Part shown: one piece after another, positions 30,729-41,033 of the stretch
How the letters are laid out: each line of letters opens with the position of its first letter
Numbering within the stretch: position 1 is the first letter of the stretch
Assembly: GCF_039769035.1 (NCBI RefSeq)
Contig: NZ_JBDMZG010000023.1
Location: 4,429 to 68,428 of the forward strand
Direction: 5' to 3'
From: Pacificibacter sp.
GTDB taxonomy: Bacteria; Pseudomonadota; Alphaproteobacteria; Rhodobacterales; Rhodobacteraceae
DNA: 64,000 nt
Notes under the pieces: model-generated
The model's input: only the letters and a program-made list of their open reading frames with translations
Databases searched by the model: none
Told to the model about the DNA's origin: nothing
Program-made: the position numbers and the translations under genes

Positions 30729-32648
30729 ATGATGTCGAAATACCCACAAACCTATGCCGATTGGCAGGCGGATCCCGCGGCCTTTTGGGCCAATGCCGCT
30801 AAAGCAATTGATTGGTTCACCCCGCCGACGTCCACGTTCAATGCCGACAAAGGCGCCTATGGGCGTTGGTTTGATGGGGCGACATGCAATACCTGTTACA
30901 ACTGCGTTGATCGCCATGTCGAAGCCGGCCACGGCGACCGCGCGGCTGTTATTTATGATAGCCCTGTTACGGGAACCGCGAAAACCTATTCCTATGCCCA
31001 AACCAAGGACGAGGTCAGCGCGTTGGCGTCTGTTCTGCGTGGGCTAGGCGTCACCAAAGGTGATCGTGTTATTATATACATGCCAATGGTGCCTGAGGCG
31101 ATCTTTGCGATGCTGGCCTGTGCGCGCCTTGGTGCGATCCATTCGGTTGTATTCGGTGGTTTTGCTGCGCGCGAATTGGCAACCCGAATTGACGATGCTG
31201 CTCCAAAAGCGATCATTTCGGCGTCCTGTGGGATCGAGACAAATCGGGTGATCGCCTATAAGCCGTTATTGGATGAAGCGATTGAAATCGCATCGGCCAA
31301 GCCTGATCACTGTGTGATCTTGCAACGCGATACCCAGTCATGTGAGCTGATCGAAGGGCGCGATGTTGATTACGCGCAATCGGTTCAATCTGCCATTGCG
31401 GCTGGCGAGGGTACAGAATGTGTGCCGGTCGAGGCGACTGATCCGCTTTATATCCTTTATACATCGGGTACGACGGGCCAGCCCAAAGGCGTTGTTCGCG
31501 ACAATGGCGGGCATATGGTCGCGCTGCGTTGGTCGATGGAGTATCACTATGATATCAAACCGGGAGAAACCTTCTGGGCCGCCTCTGATGTGGGTTGGGT
31601 CGTTGGCCATTCCTATATCTGCTACGGACCATTGCTGAATGGCAGTGCAACGGTTGTCTTTGAGGGCAAACCCGTTGGCACACCGGATGCTGGGGCGTTC
31701 TGGCGCGTGATCCAAGACCACAAAGTCGCGGCGATGTTCACCGCACCGACCGCGCTTCGCGCGATCAAAAAGGTTGATCCCTCGGGGCTGCTTATTCAGG
31801 ATTACGATCTAAGCAACTTCAGGACCTTGTTCTTGGCGGGTGAACGATCTGATCCGGCGACGATTGAATGGGCGCAGGAGAAACTCGACCGTCTTGTTAT
31901 CGACCATTGGTGGCAAACCGAAACCGGATGGGCCATGTCTGGCAACCCTGTGGGGCTGGGGGCATTTCCGATCAAGCTTGGTTCACCTGGGAAACCAATG
32001 CCTGGTTACGATATCCGTGTGCTGGATGACGAGGGTAACCCTGTAGAAGCTGGTACGTTGGGGAATATCGTCTGCAAGCTACCGTTGCCCCCTTCGGGAT
32101 TTCCTACATTGTGGAATGCTGAAGAGCGTTTCCGATCCTCCTATATGGAGGAGTTCCCTGGGTATTATGCGACATCTGACGCTGGTATGATCGACGAAGA
32201 CGGATATGTTTTTATCATGGCGCGCACAGATGACATCATCAATGTCGCAGGGCACCGGTTGTCCACCGGCGCGATGGAGGAAGTTATCTCGGGGCATGAA
32301 GACATCGCCGAATGCGCAGTGGTGGGTGCAGCCGATGCGCTTAAGGGACAGATGCCGCTCGGATTTTTTGTTGTGAACGATGGTGTGGATCGCGACCCTG
32401 CTGACTTGGAAAAAGAACTGGTTCAGTTGGTCCGTGCCAAGATTGGCGCAGTTGCGGCGTTTAAATTGGCTGTGCCGGTAAAACGTTTGCCCAAAACGCG
32501 ATCAGGCAAAGTGTTGCGTGGGACGATGCAAAAAATCGCAAACGGCGAGACTTACAAGATACCCGCAGCGATTGATGACACAATGATTTTAACCGAAATC
32601 CACGAGGCGCTTGGCGCACGAAACTTGATTGGAAAACCCAATGATTGA
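30729..32648 (+). CDS. prpE: Propionyl-CoA synthetase-like acyl-CoA ligase
   Basis: [32 protein letters not shown] and LPKTRSGK. Confidence 0.82.
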   Translation: MMSKYPQTYADWQADPAAFWANAAKAIDWFTPPTSTFNADKGAYGRWFDGATCNTCYNCVDRHVEAGHGDRAAVIYDSPVTGTAKTYSYAQTKDEVSALASVLRGLGVTKGDRVIIYMPMVPEAIFAMLACARLGAIHSVVFGGFAARELATRIDDAAPKAIISASCGIETNRVIAYKPLLDEAIEIASAKPDHCVILQRDTQSCELIEGRDVDYAQSVQSAIAAGEGTECVPVEATDPLYILYTSGTTGQPKGVVRDNGGHMVALRWSMEYHYDIKPGETFWAASDVGWVVGHSYICYGPLLNGSATVVFEGKPVGTPDAGAFWRVIQDHKVAAMFTAPTALRAIKKVDPSGLLIQDYDLSNFRTLFLAGERSDPATIEWAQEKLDRLVIDHWWQTETGWAMSGNPVGLGAFPIKLGSPGKPMPGYDIRVLDDEGNPVEAGTLGNIVCKLPLPPSGFPTLWNAEERFRSSYMEEFPGYYATSDAGMIDEDGYVFIMARTDDIINVAGHRLSTGAMEEVISGHEDIAECAVVGAADALKGQMPLGFFVVNDGVDRDPADLEKELVQLVRAKIGAVAAFKLAVPVKRLPKTRSGKVLRGTMQKIANGETYKIPAAIDDTMILTEIHEALGARNLIGKPND

Positions 32649-32985
32649 ACGCATTCACACATCTGAACGCATGAGCAAAATCGTCAAACACAACGGTGTC
32701 GCCTACCTTTGTGGTCAAGTCGGCGCGGGTGACAGCGTCGCCGAGCAAACCGCTGACTGTCTGGCGCGTGTAGATGCGCTTCTTGCGGAGGCAGGCTCAG
32801 ACCGCGAACACATTCTTCAGGCTGTAATTTGGGTGTCTGACATGGCTCATTTCGCTGAAATGAACGCGGTTTGGGATGCTTGGGTGCCTGCCGGCCATGC
32901 GCCTGCCCGCGCCTGCGGCGAAGCCAAGCTTGCCCGCGATGTGTTGAAGGTAGAAATCATCGTTACCGCCGCCGTTAAATCGTAA
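32641..32985 (+). CDS. RidA (YjgF/Rid) family imine/enamine deaminase
   Basis: [31 protein letters not shown] and VEIIVTAA. Confidence 0.88.
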   Translation: MIERIHTSERMSKIVKHNGVAYLCGQVGAGDSVAEQTADCLARVDALLAEAGSDREHILQAVIWVSDMAHFAEMNAVWDAWVPAGHAPARACGEAKLARDVLKVEIIVTAAVKS

Positions 32986-33000
32986 ACAAAAGGATCGCCT

Positions 33001-33738
33001 ATGACTTATGCAGTAGAAATGAAAGATGTGAACAAGTTTTACGGAACGTTTCATGCCTTGAAGGGCATTAATCTTTCGGTGAAAAAGGGTGAGAAAATCG
33101 TGGTTTGCGGGCCGTCTGGTTCAGGTAAGTCAACGATGATCCGCACGATCAACCAGCTCGAAGAGCATCAATCCGGCGAGATATTGATCAACGGTGACCC
33201 GATCAACGCCGATGCGCCAAATATCGAAGAAATGCGTCGTGAGGTGGGGATGTGTTTCCAGCATTTTAATCTCTTCCCGCATCTGTCCATTTTGGAAAAC
33301 TGCACGCTTGCACCGATGCTTGCGCGTAAAGAAACCCAAGCAGATGCAGAGGCGACCGCGATGGCATTCTTGGAAAAAGTTCAAATCGCCAACCAAGCCG
33401 ACAAATTTCCAGGTCAACTGTCTGGCGGTCAACAACAGCGTGTTGCGATCGCGCGGGCACTTTGCATGAAGCCGGAAATTTTGCTCTTTGATGAACCGAC
33501 TTCGGCGCTTGATCCCGAGATGATTGGTGAGGTTTTGGATGTCATGGAAACATTGGCCCAAGAAGGCATGACGATGGTCTGCGTGACGCATGAAATGGGT
33601 TTTGCGCGCAAGGTTGCTGACCGTGTTATCTTTATGGATGCCGGGGAAATCATCGAAGAAAGCGATCCGGAAACTTTCTTCACCTCGCCAGCCAATGAGC
33701 GGACACGGAACTTCTTAGATCAAGTTCTCACTCACTAA
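33001..33738 (+). CDS. Amino-acid ABC ATP-binding protein (AapP/BztD-like)
   Basis: [45 protein letters not shown] and THEMGFA. Confidence 0.93.
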   Translation: MTYAVEMKDVNKFYGTFHALKGINLSVKKGEKIVVCGPSGSGKSTMIRTINQLEEHQSGEILINGDPINADAPNIEEMRREVGMCFQHFNLFPHLSILENCTLAPMLARKETQADAEATAMAFLEKVQIANQADKFPGQLSGGQQQRVAIARALCMKPEILLFDEPTSALDPEMIGEVLDVMETLAQEGMTMVCVTHEMGFARKVADRVIFMDAGEIIEESDPETFFTSPANERTRNFLDQVLTH

Positions 33739-33779
33739 TAAACTAGCGGCGCTTCAGCGACACGCAAACTCGAGGGCTC

Positions 33780-35516
33780 GTGATGATACACAACTACGTT
33801 CCGATATTGTCGTGGGGCCGGCGTTATTCGAAAAAGATAATGCTGGAGGATCTGCTTGCTGCTGTGATCGTCACGGTCATGCTTATCCCGCAATCTTTGG
33901 CCTATGCATTGCTTGCTGGCCTGCCTCCCCAGGCAGGCCTATATGCGTCCATAGCGCCGATCATCCTCTATGCGATCTTTGGGACAAGCAGCGCACTTGC
34001 CGTTGGTCCTGTTGCTGTTGTCTCCCTGATGACCGCCGCAACGCTCAGCCAGATCGCTGAACAAGATACAATGGGATACGCGATTGCAGCGCTTTCTCTG
34101 GCGGGATTGTCCGGGCTTATCTTGCTTGTGATGGGCATGCTTCGCCTTGGATTTGTCGCGAATTTTCTTTCTCATCCGGTGATGTCCGGGTTTGTCTCGG
34201 CATCAGGGATTATTATTGCCGCAAGCCAAATTCAACATATCCTCGGCATCGACGCGTCTGGCCAAAGCCTGTGGCAGTTAATGCAGTCATTGAGTAAAAA
34301 CATTTCGCAAACAAACATCTATACGGCCGTGATTGGCGTTGGTGCTACTGCATTTTTGTTCTGGATGCGGCTTGGGTTGAAGCCACTTTTGAGTAGGCTA
34401 GGGGTAGGGGCACCCTTGGCTGGGGTCGTCGTCAAGATTGGACCTATTTTCGTTGTCGTTCTCACAACCCTCGCTGTATGGCTCGCGGGACTGATGAACA
34501 AAGGTGTCCGAATTGTCGGGGAGGTACCTCAGAGTTTGCCTCCATTGACGTTCCCGTCTTTGTCCACAGAGTTATTAGATGCATTGGTGATGCCAGCGGT
34601 CTTAATCTCGATCATTGGTTTCGTGGAATCTATTGCTGTGGCCCAAACTCTAGCGGCTAAAAAACGCGAGCGAATTGACCCAGACCAGGAGTTGATTGGA
34701 TTGGGCGCTGCGAATATCGGTGCATCTCTCACGGGTGGTTTCCCGGTGACCGGCGGTTTCTCTCGGTCGGTGGTGAATTTTGATGCGGGGGCTGCAACAC
34801 CTGCGGCGGGGGCCTTTACGGCGATCGGGTTGGCCTGTGCCGCGCTTTTCTTGACCCCACTGATCTATTTCCTACCTAAGGCAACACTGGCGGCCACGAT
34901 CATTGTCGCTGTGGCGAATTTGGTTGATTTCAGTATTCTACGCCGGAGCTGGTCGTATTCAAAACCGGATTTTGCGGCCGTGTTCGTGACACTCATTCTG
35001 ACCTTGGGGTTCGGCGTTGAGGCCGGTGTCTCAGTCGGAGTAGGGGTGTCAATTTTGCTCCATTTATACCGGACATCAAAGCCCCATATTGCCGAAGTTG
35101 GTCTTATTGAAGGAACGGAACATTTTCGTAATGTGCTGCGACATGACGTTCAGACGGATCCGAGCGTGGTCAGCCTGCGTGTCGATGAAAGCCTTTATTT
35201 CGCCAATGCGCACTACCTAGAAGAGGCGATCTACAATAGGGTTATGGGGGATGCAGCGGTACGTCATGTGATCTTGCAATGCTCAGCGGTGAACGACATT
35301 GATCTCAGCGCGCTTGAGGCACTGGAGACGATTAACAAGGTACTAAATGAGATGGATGTGAAACTTCATCTTTCAGAAGTGAAAGGTCCAGTTATGGATC
35401 ATCTTGGATCGGAGCAATTCTTAAGCGACCTCACAGGCTTTGTTTTTCTCTCTCAATTTGAAGCCGTAAAAGCGGTAGGTCGACATTCAAAAGATGAAAC
35501 TTTGCCCACTCGTTAA
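33780..35516 (+). CDS. SulP-family anion permease with STAS domain
   Basis: IPQSLAYA, GLY, GPVAVVSL, GGFSRS and RVDESLYFANA. Confidence 0.92.
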   Translation: MMIHNYVPILSWGRRYSKKIMLEDLLAAVIVTVMLIPQSLAYALLAGLPPQAGLYASIAPIILYAIFGTSSALAVGPVAVVSLMTAATLSQIAEQDTMGYAIAALSLAGLSGLILLVMGMLRLGFVANFLSHPVMSGFVSASGIIIAASQIQHILGIDASGQSLWQLMQSLSKNISQTNIYTAVIGVGATAFLFWMRLGLKPLLSRLGVGAPLAGVVVKIGPIFVVVLTTLAVWLAGLMNKGVRIVGEVPQSLPPLTFPSLSTELLDALVMPAVLISIIGFVESIAVAQTLAAKKRERIDPDQELIGLGAANIGASLTGGFPVTGGFSRSVVNFDAGAATPAAGAFTAIGLACAALFLTPLIYFLPKATLAATIIVAVANLVDFSILRRSWSYSKPDFAAVFVTLILTLGFGVEAGVSVGVGVSILLHLYRTSKPHIAEVGLIEGTEHFRNVLRHDVQTDPSVVSLRVDESLYFANAHYLEEAIYNRVMGDAAVRHVILQCSAVNDIDLSALEALETINKVLNEMDVKLHLSEVKGPVMDHLGSEQFLSDLTGFVFLSQFEAVKAVGRHSKDETLPTR

Positions 35517-35569
35517 GTCTCTTAGAGGCGCGGGACGACAACCGCGCTCCATTAAATGTGTTCGCCTTT

Positions 35570-36470
35570 CTAAAGCGTGCATTTCAATCGAGGAAATTTA
35601 CGGCGGTTGCGCCTTCCCGCAAACACTTGAACCGACAACCCGCCCTTAAAACGGCGGGTGTTGTTGTTTTGGGGGTCTGTGAGATCTAAGATTGCAGCCA
35701 ATTCCCCAAAGAGTTCAATCATATGACCATCATCAGCTGCTTCATCCGGATGCAGGCGCACCTTTGGAACAAGGCTACGAAGTAGCTCTGAGGCTTCAGA
35801 TCTGTTCGTCTCGTCATTGAGGCTGTCCGACAAGGCGGTGATCTTCTTGCTGTAGGTCTCTGCGAGGGCAGGGTGTAGCACAATTGGATCTTGTTCGGGC
35901 AGGGCTGCGAGCTTTGCTGTTAACTCGGTTTTGCGCGCCTCTAGGGCATCCATTTTTGTCTTCATAGAGGCGTGGAACATGCCCGCTGTGATGGCGTAAA
36001 CGATCTTCTGGATCTGCACGCCGAGCTGTTTGAGCTCACGTTCAATGGAGCTTCGCGCTGATGTGCTCTCGCTGTGCAGTCGGTTCCATTCCCTTTGATA
36101 TTCCGTGACGAACTCCTTGAGCAGCTCTGGATGCATCAGCTTGGATTTGAGGCCACTCAGAATACGCTCTTCAACACTCTCGCGTTTGATGAGCTTGCGG
36201 TTGTCGCAAGTGCCTTTATTGAGAGCGGAAGCGCAGCCGTATTTGGTCTTGTTCATCAGGGTATAGGAGCCACCGTAGTGGCCACACTTAAGAAGACCTG
36301 AAAACAGGTGTTTGGTACGTTTTGCTCGAGCGAGTGGATTGCTATCGTTGGTCTGCTGGGCTTCGCTCAATGTTGATCTGATCACGCCTTGGCGCCGCTT
36401 GATCCGTTGCCACATATCAGCTTCGATCAGGCGAAGGTCTGGTACTGCGTTTTTCAAGTGGCCGCCTCCC
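35570..36470 (-). pseudogene. Large serine recombinase, C-terminal remnant (Zn-ribbon and coiled coil; catalytic domain lost)
   Basis: VPDLRLIEADMW, HLFSGLLKCGHYG (CxxC degraded), YGC..KGTCDN, LHPALAETY and IELFGELAAIL; the upstream sequence is not recombinase-like. Confidence 0.8.
35601..35625 (+). repeat. att-like 25-bp repeat, copy 1
   Basis: CGGCGGTTGCGCCTTCCCGCAAACA; 23/25 identical to 63136-63160; lies inside the recombinase 3' end. Confidence 0.7.
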
Positions 36471-36699
36471 AGTCCTGTCCAACGTCGCTGCGCAATGTCA
36501 ATTATGTTGTTAGGTTTCGACAATGGGCCAAACATGAAGACTTAAACTTTTGTGGCACAGTTTGTACGCTAAATGGGTCAGCCGCAGCCCGCTCTCAATC
36601 AAAAAATCTATGGACGCGATTTCCAAAGAATCGCCGCATTCTGTGCGGTTTGCTGAACGCACGTCGTCCATTTGCGTCAACAGCTCTTGCTGCTCGTGA

Positions 36700-37379
36700 C
36701 ACATCCCTCGTAATTACCCCGGAAGTCGCCTTAATCGCGTCGTGAGTCGGAAAAACCCCCATGAGCAAGGCCATAAGAAGTTCGACCGAATTAAGGCGGG
36801 AGCCGATTATGCGGAAACGCCCAACCGATCCGTTATACAGCTGCATCAAGACCTGCCCGCTGAGATTGCCGCACGGCAAGCTGAGCTCAACGCAAAGGAA
36901 GCAAAGCGTCTGAAAACATATGAGGCGCCTCGCGAAGAAACAAGAAGAACAGACCAAAATCGAGCCACGTCAAATGGACCTGATGACCCAAATGAAAAGT
37001 GCCGAAACGGAACTCCAAAAGGGGCGCGAGCAGATGGCTCAGAAAAAGGCGGAGGCGCTCAGATAATTCCATGAGGCCAACACCTGTCTTGCTGCAATCG
37101 AAGCCGTTGCAGCTGAGTTTGAAGCGAGCAACATTGGCTGAGATGAGCAGGGCAAGTTAAAGGTGAACGATGCGTCAAACCAAAGGCATTGCCTGTAGGC
37201 TCGCCAATATCGCGAAACGTTTCGTGGACCATCGCGCTCGTCTCGAGCGCAAAGAGCGGCTTTTTGGCTGGCTGACCGTAGCGCTTCGTACGTTTTTGAA
37301 ACGGGATGATTTGACGGAAAGCGCGCGTGTGGAGGCTGAGGCATTGCAGATAGAACTGGATGAGGGGCTGGAAGTTTAG
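36700..37379 (+). pseudogene. Fragmented coiled-coil gene, possibly a mobilisation/relaxase C-terminus
   Basis: Consecutive helical, charged fragments in shifting frames (36742-37074, MDLMTQMKSAETELQKG..., 37170-37379) next to the recombinase remnant; family not firmly recognised. Confidence 0.3.
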
Positions 37380-37384
37380 ATCAA

Positions 37385-37406
37385 GTGGCACAGTATTAGG
37401 AGGCCA
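37385..37406 (+). mobile_element. Isolated IS3-family (IS407-group-like) right inverted repeat
   Basis: GTGGCACAGTATTAGGAGGCCA is 20/22 identical to the reverse complement of the IS end at 62450-62471. Confidence 0.7.
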
Positions 37407-37709
37407 AGACAAAGCAATTGATCTAACGCGCCTAAAGCGAATACTGCATCGCCTAGCGCTTCGGCGCAGCCAGTGCTAAAAACACCTGACCTCAATGAGT
37501 TAAGTTTGCAGATCAAGACAGGGGATGTCGCAATGTTCTTAACTTGGTAAGATACTGTATTGAAGATATACTGTCCTAAAAGCCAGCCCTGCTATGTATT
37601 CATTTAGTGCCCCAAAAGTTTGCATTGACTTTGCGGGTCTTATGGCGGGCGTAAATGTAAACGTCATAGATGCTATGAAGGTGGCTATGTGGCCAAGAAA
37701 CGAGCGACA

Positions 37710-38399
37710 ATGAGAGTCACGTACAAAGAAGTCAAAGCGGATATCTTGGCTAAGATTGTCAGGGGCGATTGGGGGCCGGGCGAATTGGTTCCCAACGAAA
37801 TGGATCTGACGGAAACCTACAATTGCGCCCGCGCCACAGTGAACCGCGCGATGCGCGAGCTTGCGGATGAAGGCATTATTGAGAGACGCCGCAAAGCAGG
37901 CACGCGCGTGCGCGAGACCCGCATTCTTCAGGCCAAATTTGATATTCCAGTGTTGCGCAACGAAATCGAAGCGCTCAACGCGGAATACAGATATTCATTG
38001 GTGTCTAGTAGCGTTGAAAACGCGCCTGATTGGCTGCGAGCGCGCCTGCAATTGCCCAAGGCAGCAGATGTACTGCATCTCATTTGCATGCACTATGCAG
38101 ACGGAAACCCATATCAATACGAAGATCGCTGGATCAATCTTGATGCGTTGCCGCAAGCGAGAGAGATTGATTTTTCCAAACTCGGTCCAAATGATTGGTT
38201 GATGAGTGAAATACCATACTCAGAAGCTGAAATTAGCTTTTCTGCAGCATTGGCAGACAAAGAGATGACTGAGTTTTTGGAATGTGCTGTAGGGGATCCG
38301 ATTTTCATCGTCGAGAGATCTACGTGGCACGCTGAGCAAGCGATGACCTATGTTAGGTTGTCGCACAAGCCTGGGCACCGGATGACAACGCGCTATTGA
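37710..38399 (+). CDS. hutC: Histidine utilization repressor (GntR/UTRA)
   Basis: wHTH PNEMDL..CARATVNRAMREL..RRRKAGTRV plus UTRA YEDRWINL; convergent with hutU. Confidence 0.85.
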   Translation: MRVTYKEVKADILAKIVRGDWGPGELVPNEMDLTETYNCARATVNRAMRELADEGIIERRRKAGTRVRETRILQAKFDIPVLRNEIEALNAEYRYSLVSSSVENAPDWLRARLQLPKAADVLHLICMHYADGNPYQYEDRWINLDALPQAREIDFSKLGPNDWLMSEIPYSEAEISFSAALADKEMTEFLECAVGDPIFIVERSTWHAEQAMTYVRLSHKPGHRMTTRY

Positions 38400-38428
38400 T
38401 ATCGCAAGCCCTAAGGCGCCCATAGAAA

Positions 38429-38452
38429 ATGGCGGACCCGAAGGCCCGCCAT
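38429..38452. terminator. Terminator between hutC and hutU
   Basis: ATGGCGGACC-CGAA-GGCCCGCCAT hairpin (one mismatch). Confidence 0.55.
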
Positions 38453-38473
38453 CTCGACGAAATGTCGCTCTAT

Positions 38474-40144
38474 TTACCCAAGAATACCGGGCAGATTTAG
38501 ATCATGCGCGCGGGCACATGCTTTGGCGTCATCATAGCCCGCATCGGCGTGACGCATGACACCTGTGGCCGGATCGTTCCACAAGACACGTTCAATGCGG
38601 CGATCCGCATCCTCAGAGCCGTCACAGCAAATCACCATGCCGGAGTGTTGCGAAAAGCCTATGCCAACGCCGCCGCCGTGGTGTAATGACACCCAAGTCG
38701 CGCCTGAAGCTGTGTTTAGAAGCGCATTCAAAAGCGGCCAGTCCGATACAGCATCTGAGCCGTCCATCATCGCCTCTGTTTCGCGATTGGGGGAGGCGAC
38801 CGATCCTGAGTCGAGGTGGTCGCGGCCAATCACGATCGGCGCGCTGAGCTCGCCAGTGCGAACCATTTCGTTGAAGGCAAGACCTAGCTTGTGGCGAATG
38901 CCCAAACCAACCCAGCAGATGCGTGCAGGCAAGCCTTGGAATTCGATACGTTCGCGAGCCATATCGAGCCAAGTGTGCAGATGCTTGTCCTCGGAAAGAA
39001 TTTCCTTAACTTTGGCGTCTGTTTTGTAGATGTCCTCTGGATCACCAGACAGCGCCGCCCAGCGGAACGGACCGATGCCGCGGCAAAAGAGCGGACGGAT
39101 ATATGCTGGAACGAAGCCTGGGAAATCAAAGGCGTTTTCAAGACCTTCTTCAAGCGCAACCTGGCGAATGTTGTTGCCGTAATCAAACGTAGGAATGCCC
39201 AGTTTCTGGAAATCGATCATCGCTGCTACATGCGCTTTCATCGAGGCGCGGGCGGCAGCTTCTACAGCCTTCGGATCGCTTTCGCGTTTCTCTTTCCATT
39301 GCGCCATGCTCCAACCTTGGGGCAGGTAACCGTTGATTGGGTCATGCGCAGAGGTTTGATCTGTGACCATATCTGGACGCACGCCGCGCTTTGCGATTTG
39401 CGCAAAGACATCTGCCGCATTGCCCAAAAGGCCAACAGATTTTGCTTCACCAGCGGCGGTCCATTTTTCGATCAACGCCAAAGCTTCGTCCAACGTATCG
39501 GCGCGCTCATCTACATAACGGGTGCGCAGGCGGAAATCGATGCTGTCTGGGTTACATTCAACAGCCAAGCAGCATGCGCCTGCCATAACTGCCGCCAAAG
39601 GTTGCGCGCCGCCCATGCCGCCAAGGCCGCCTGTGAGGACCCATTTGCCCGTCAGATCGCCGCCGTAATGTTGGCGACCAGCCTCGACGAAGGTTTCATA
39701 CGTCCCCTGCACGATGCCTTGGGAGCCGATGTAAATCCAAGAGCCGGCCGTCATCTGGCCGTACATGGCCAAGCCCTTTTTATCGAGCTCATTGAAGTGA
39801 TCCCAATTTGCCCAATGCGGTACGAGGTTGGAGTTAGCGATCAAAACGCGTGGGGCGTCTTTGTGGGTTTGGAACACGCCGACAGGCTTTCCAGACTGCA
39901 CCATCAACGTTTGATCTTCTTCAAGGTTTTTCAGTGCCTCAACGATGAGATCAAAATCTTTCCATGTGCGCGCAGCGCGCCCGATACCGCCGTACACCAC
40001 CAGTTCATGGGGGTTTTCGGCTACATCAGGATGGAGGTTGTTCATCAACATCCGCATCGGCGCTTCGGTCAGCCAGCTTTTGGCAGTGATGTCAGAGCCC
40101 GTCGCGGGGAAAATATCACGGGTGTTCTTGTGGGGATCGCTCAT
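38474..40144 (-). CDS. hutU: Urocanate hydratase
   Basis: [62 protein letters not shown] and [18 protein letters not shown]. Confidence 0.97.
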   Translation of the reverse strand: MSDPHKNTRDIFPATGSDITAKSWLTEAPMRMLMNNLHPDVAENPHELVVYGGIGRAARTWKDFDLIVEALKNLEEDQTLMVQSGKPVGVFQTHKDAPRVLIANSNLVPHWANWDHFNELDKKGLAMYGQMTAGSWIYIGSQGIVQGTYETFVEAGRQHYGGDLTGKWVLTGGLGGMGGAQPLAAVMAGACCLAVECNPDSIDFRLRTRYVDERADTLDEALALIEKWTAAGEAKSVGLLGNAADVFAQIAKRGVRPDMVTDQTSAHDPINGYLPQGWSMAQWKEKRESDPKAVEAAARASMKAHVAAMIDFQKLGIPTFDYGNNIRQVALEEGLENAFDFPGFVPAYIRPLFCRGIGPFRWAALSGDPEDIYKTDAKVKEILSEDKHLHTWLDMARERIEFQGLPARICWVGLGIRHKLGLAFNEMVRTGELSAPIVIGRDHLDSGSVASPNRETEAMMDGSDAVSDWPLLNALLNTASGATWVSLHHGGGVGIGFSQHSGMVICCDGSEDADRRIERVLWNDPATGVMRHADAGYDDAKACARAHDLNLPGILG

Positions 40145-40941
40145 GATGTGCCTTTCGGGAAAGGGGCCAATTCGGCCAGTTTGGTCAAAATTGATTGGAG
40201 GTGAGGACGCAGCTTTGCGGCTTTTTCCTCGTCATAAGTCCAAGGGCTTGTCTCAGATTGCAGATACATGCTTTGCGCCAATTCCATTTGGATCGCGTGA
40301 AAACCTTCTGCAGGGCGGCCATAAGCGCGGGTCGTCCAGCCGCCTTTAAAGCGGCCATTGGTGACTGAGGAATAACCTTCTGCAGCGGCGCAAATGTCTT
40401 GGGTGATTTGCGCGACCTTCGGATCGCATGTGGTGCCTAGATTCGTCCCGATGTTGAAGTCGGGCAGGGTGCCTTCGAACAGAAAAGGGATGTCCGATCG
40501 GATCGAATGGCAGTCATACAGAATGACAAAACCATGTAGGCTCTTAACACGCTCAAGTTCGGCCACAAGGGCGGCGTGATAGGGCGCATGAAAAGCCAGA
40601 CGACGTGTTTCATTAGTCGCAGCATCGGGTGCCTTGTCCCAAATATCATGGCCGTCAAAGTCAGTGAGCGGCACCAGACCTGTCGTGTTTTGGCCAGGGT
40701 AGAGCGACACACCAGAGGGATCACGATTGGCGTCCACAACATAGCGGTGAAACGTTGCGCGCACAGTCGTGACGTCGGGCAAGAGGCCCTCATAGAGCGT
40801 GTGAATGTGCCAATCCGTATCATCCAATCCGCGCCCGCGGTCGTTGAGATCCGCCAAAACATCCTCTGGTACATAAGTTCCTGTGTGTGGCAGGCCCAAA
40901 ACGATCGGGCTATCACCTTGTGTGATTTCTACGGGTGTCAT
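40141..40941 (-). CDS. hutG: N-formylglutamate deformylase
   Basis: [40 protein letters not shown] and HAIQMELAQ. Confidence 0.93.
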   Translation of the reverse strand: MTPVEITQGDSPIVLGLPHTGTYVPEDVLADLNDRGRGLDDTDWHIHTLYEGLLPDVTTVRATFHRYVVDANRDPSGVSLYPGQNTTGLVPLTDFDGHDIWDKAPDAATNETRRLAFHAPYHAALVAELERVKSLHGFVILYDCHSIRSDIPFLFEGTLPDFNIGTNLGTTCDPKVAQITQDICAAAEGYSSVTNGRFKGGWTTRAYGRPAEGFHAIQMELAQSMYLQSETSPWTYDEEKAAKLRPHLQSILTKLAELAPFPKGTS

Positions 40942-41033
40942 GGTGTCATCTCCTGCGTGTCGCTGGCTGCTGTGGTAATGTCCTCGGATGCGATCATTGT
41001 TGCCGCCTCAGACTTAAAAGGCTGCGGGCTCAC
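40938..41033 (-). pseudogene. 31-codon ORF at the hutH position, probable in-frame deletion scar of hutH
   Basis: GTG overlaps the hutI stop (GTGA) behind GGAGG; TGA overlaps the hutG start (ATGA); translation [31 protein letters not shown]. Confidence 0.55.

Noticed and set aside
30729-32648. prpE as evidence of a DMSP pathway
   Set aside because: No ddd, dmd or acuI genes are recognisable in the window
36552-36563. GTGGCACAGTTT as a third IS end at the recombinase truncation point
   Set aside because: Only 12 bp match and the terminal GGCCA is missing; suggestive but insufficient
38891-40204. 437-aa plus-strand ORF
   Set aside because: Antisense shadow of the highly conserved hutU; no recognisable motifs or RBS
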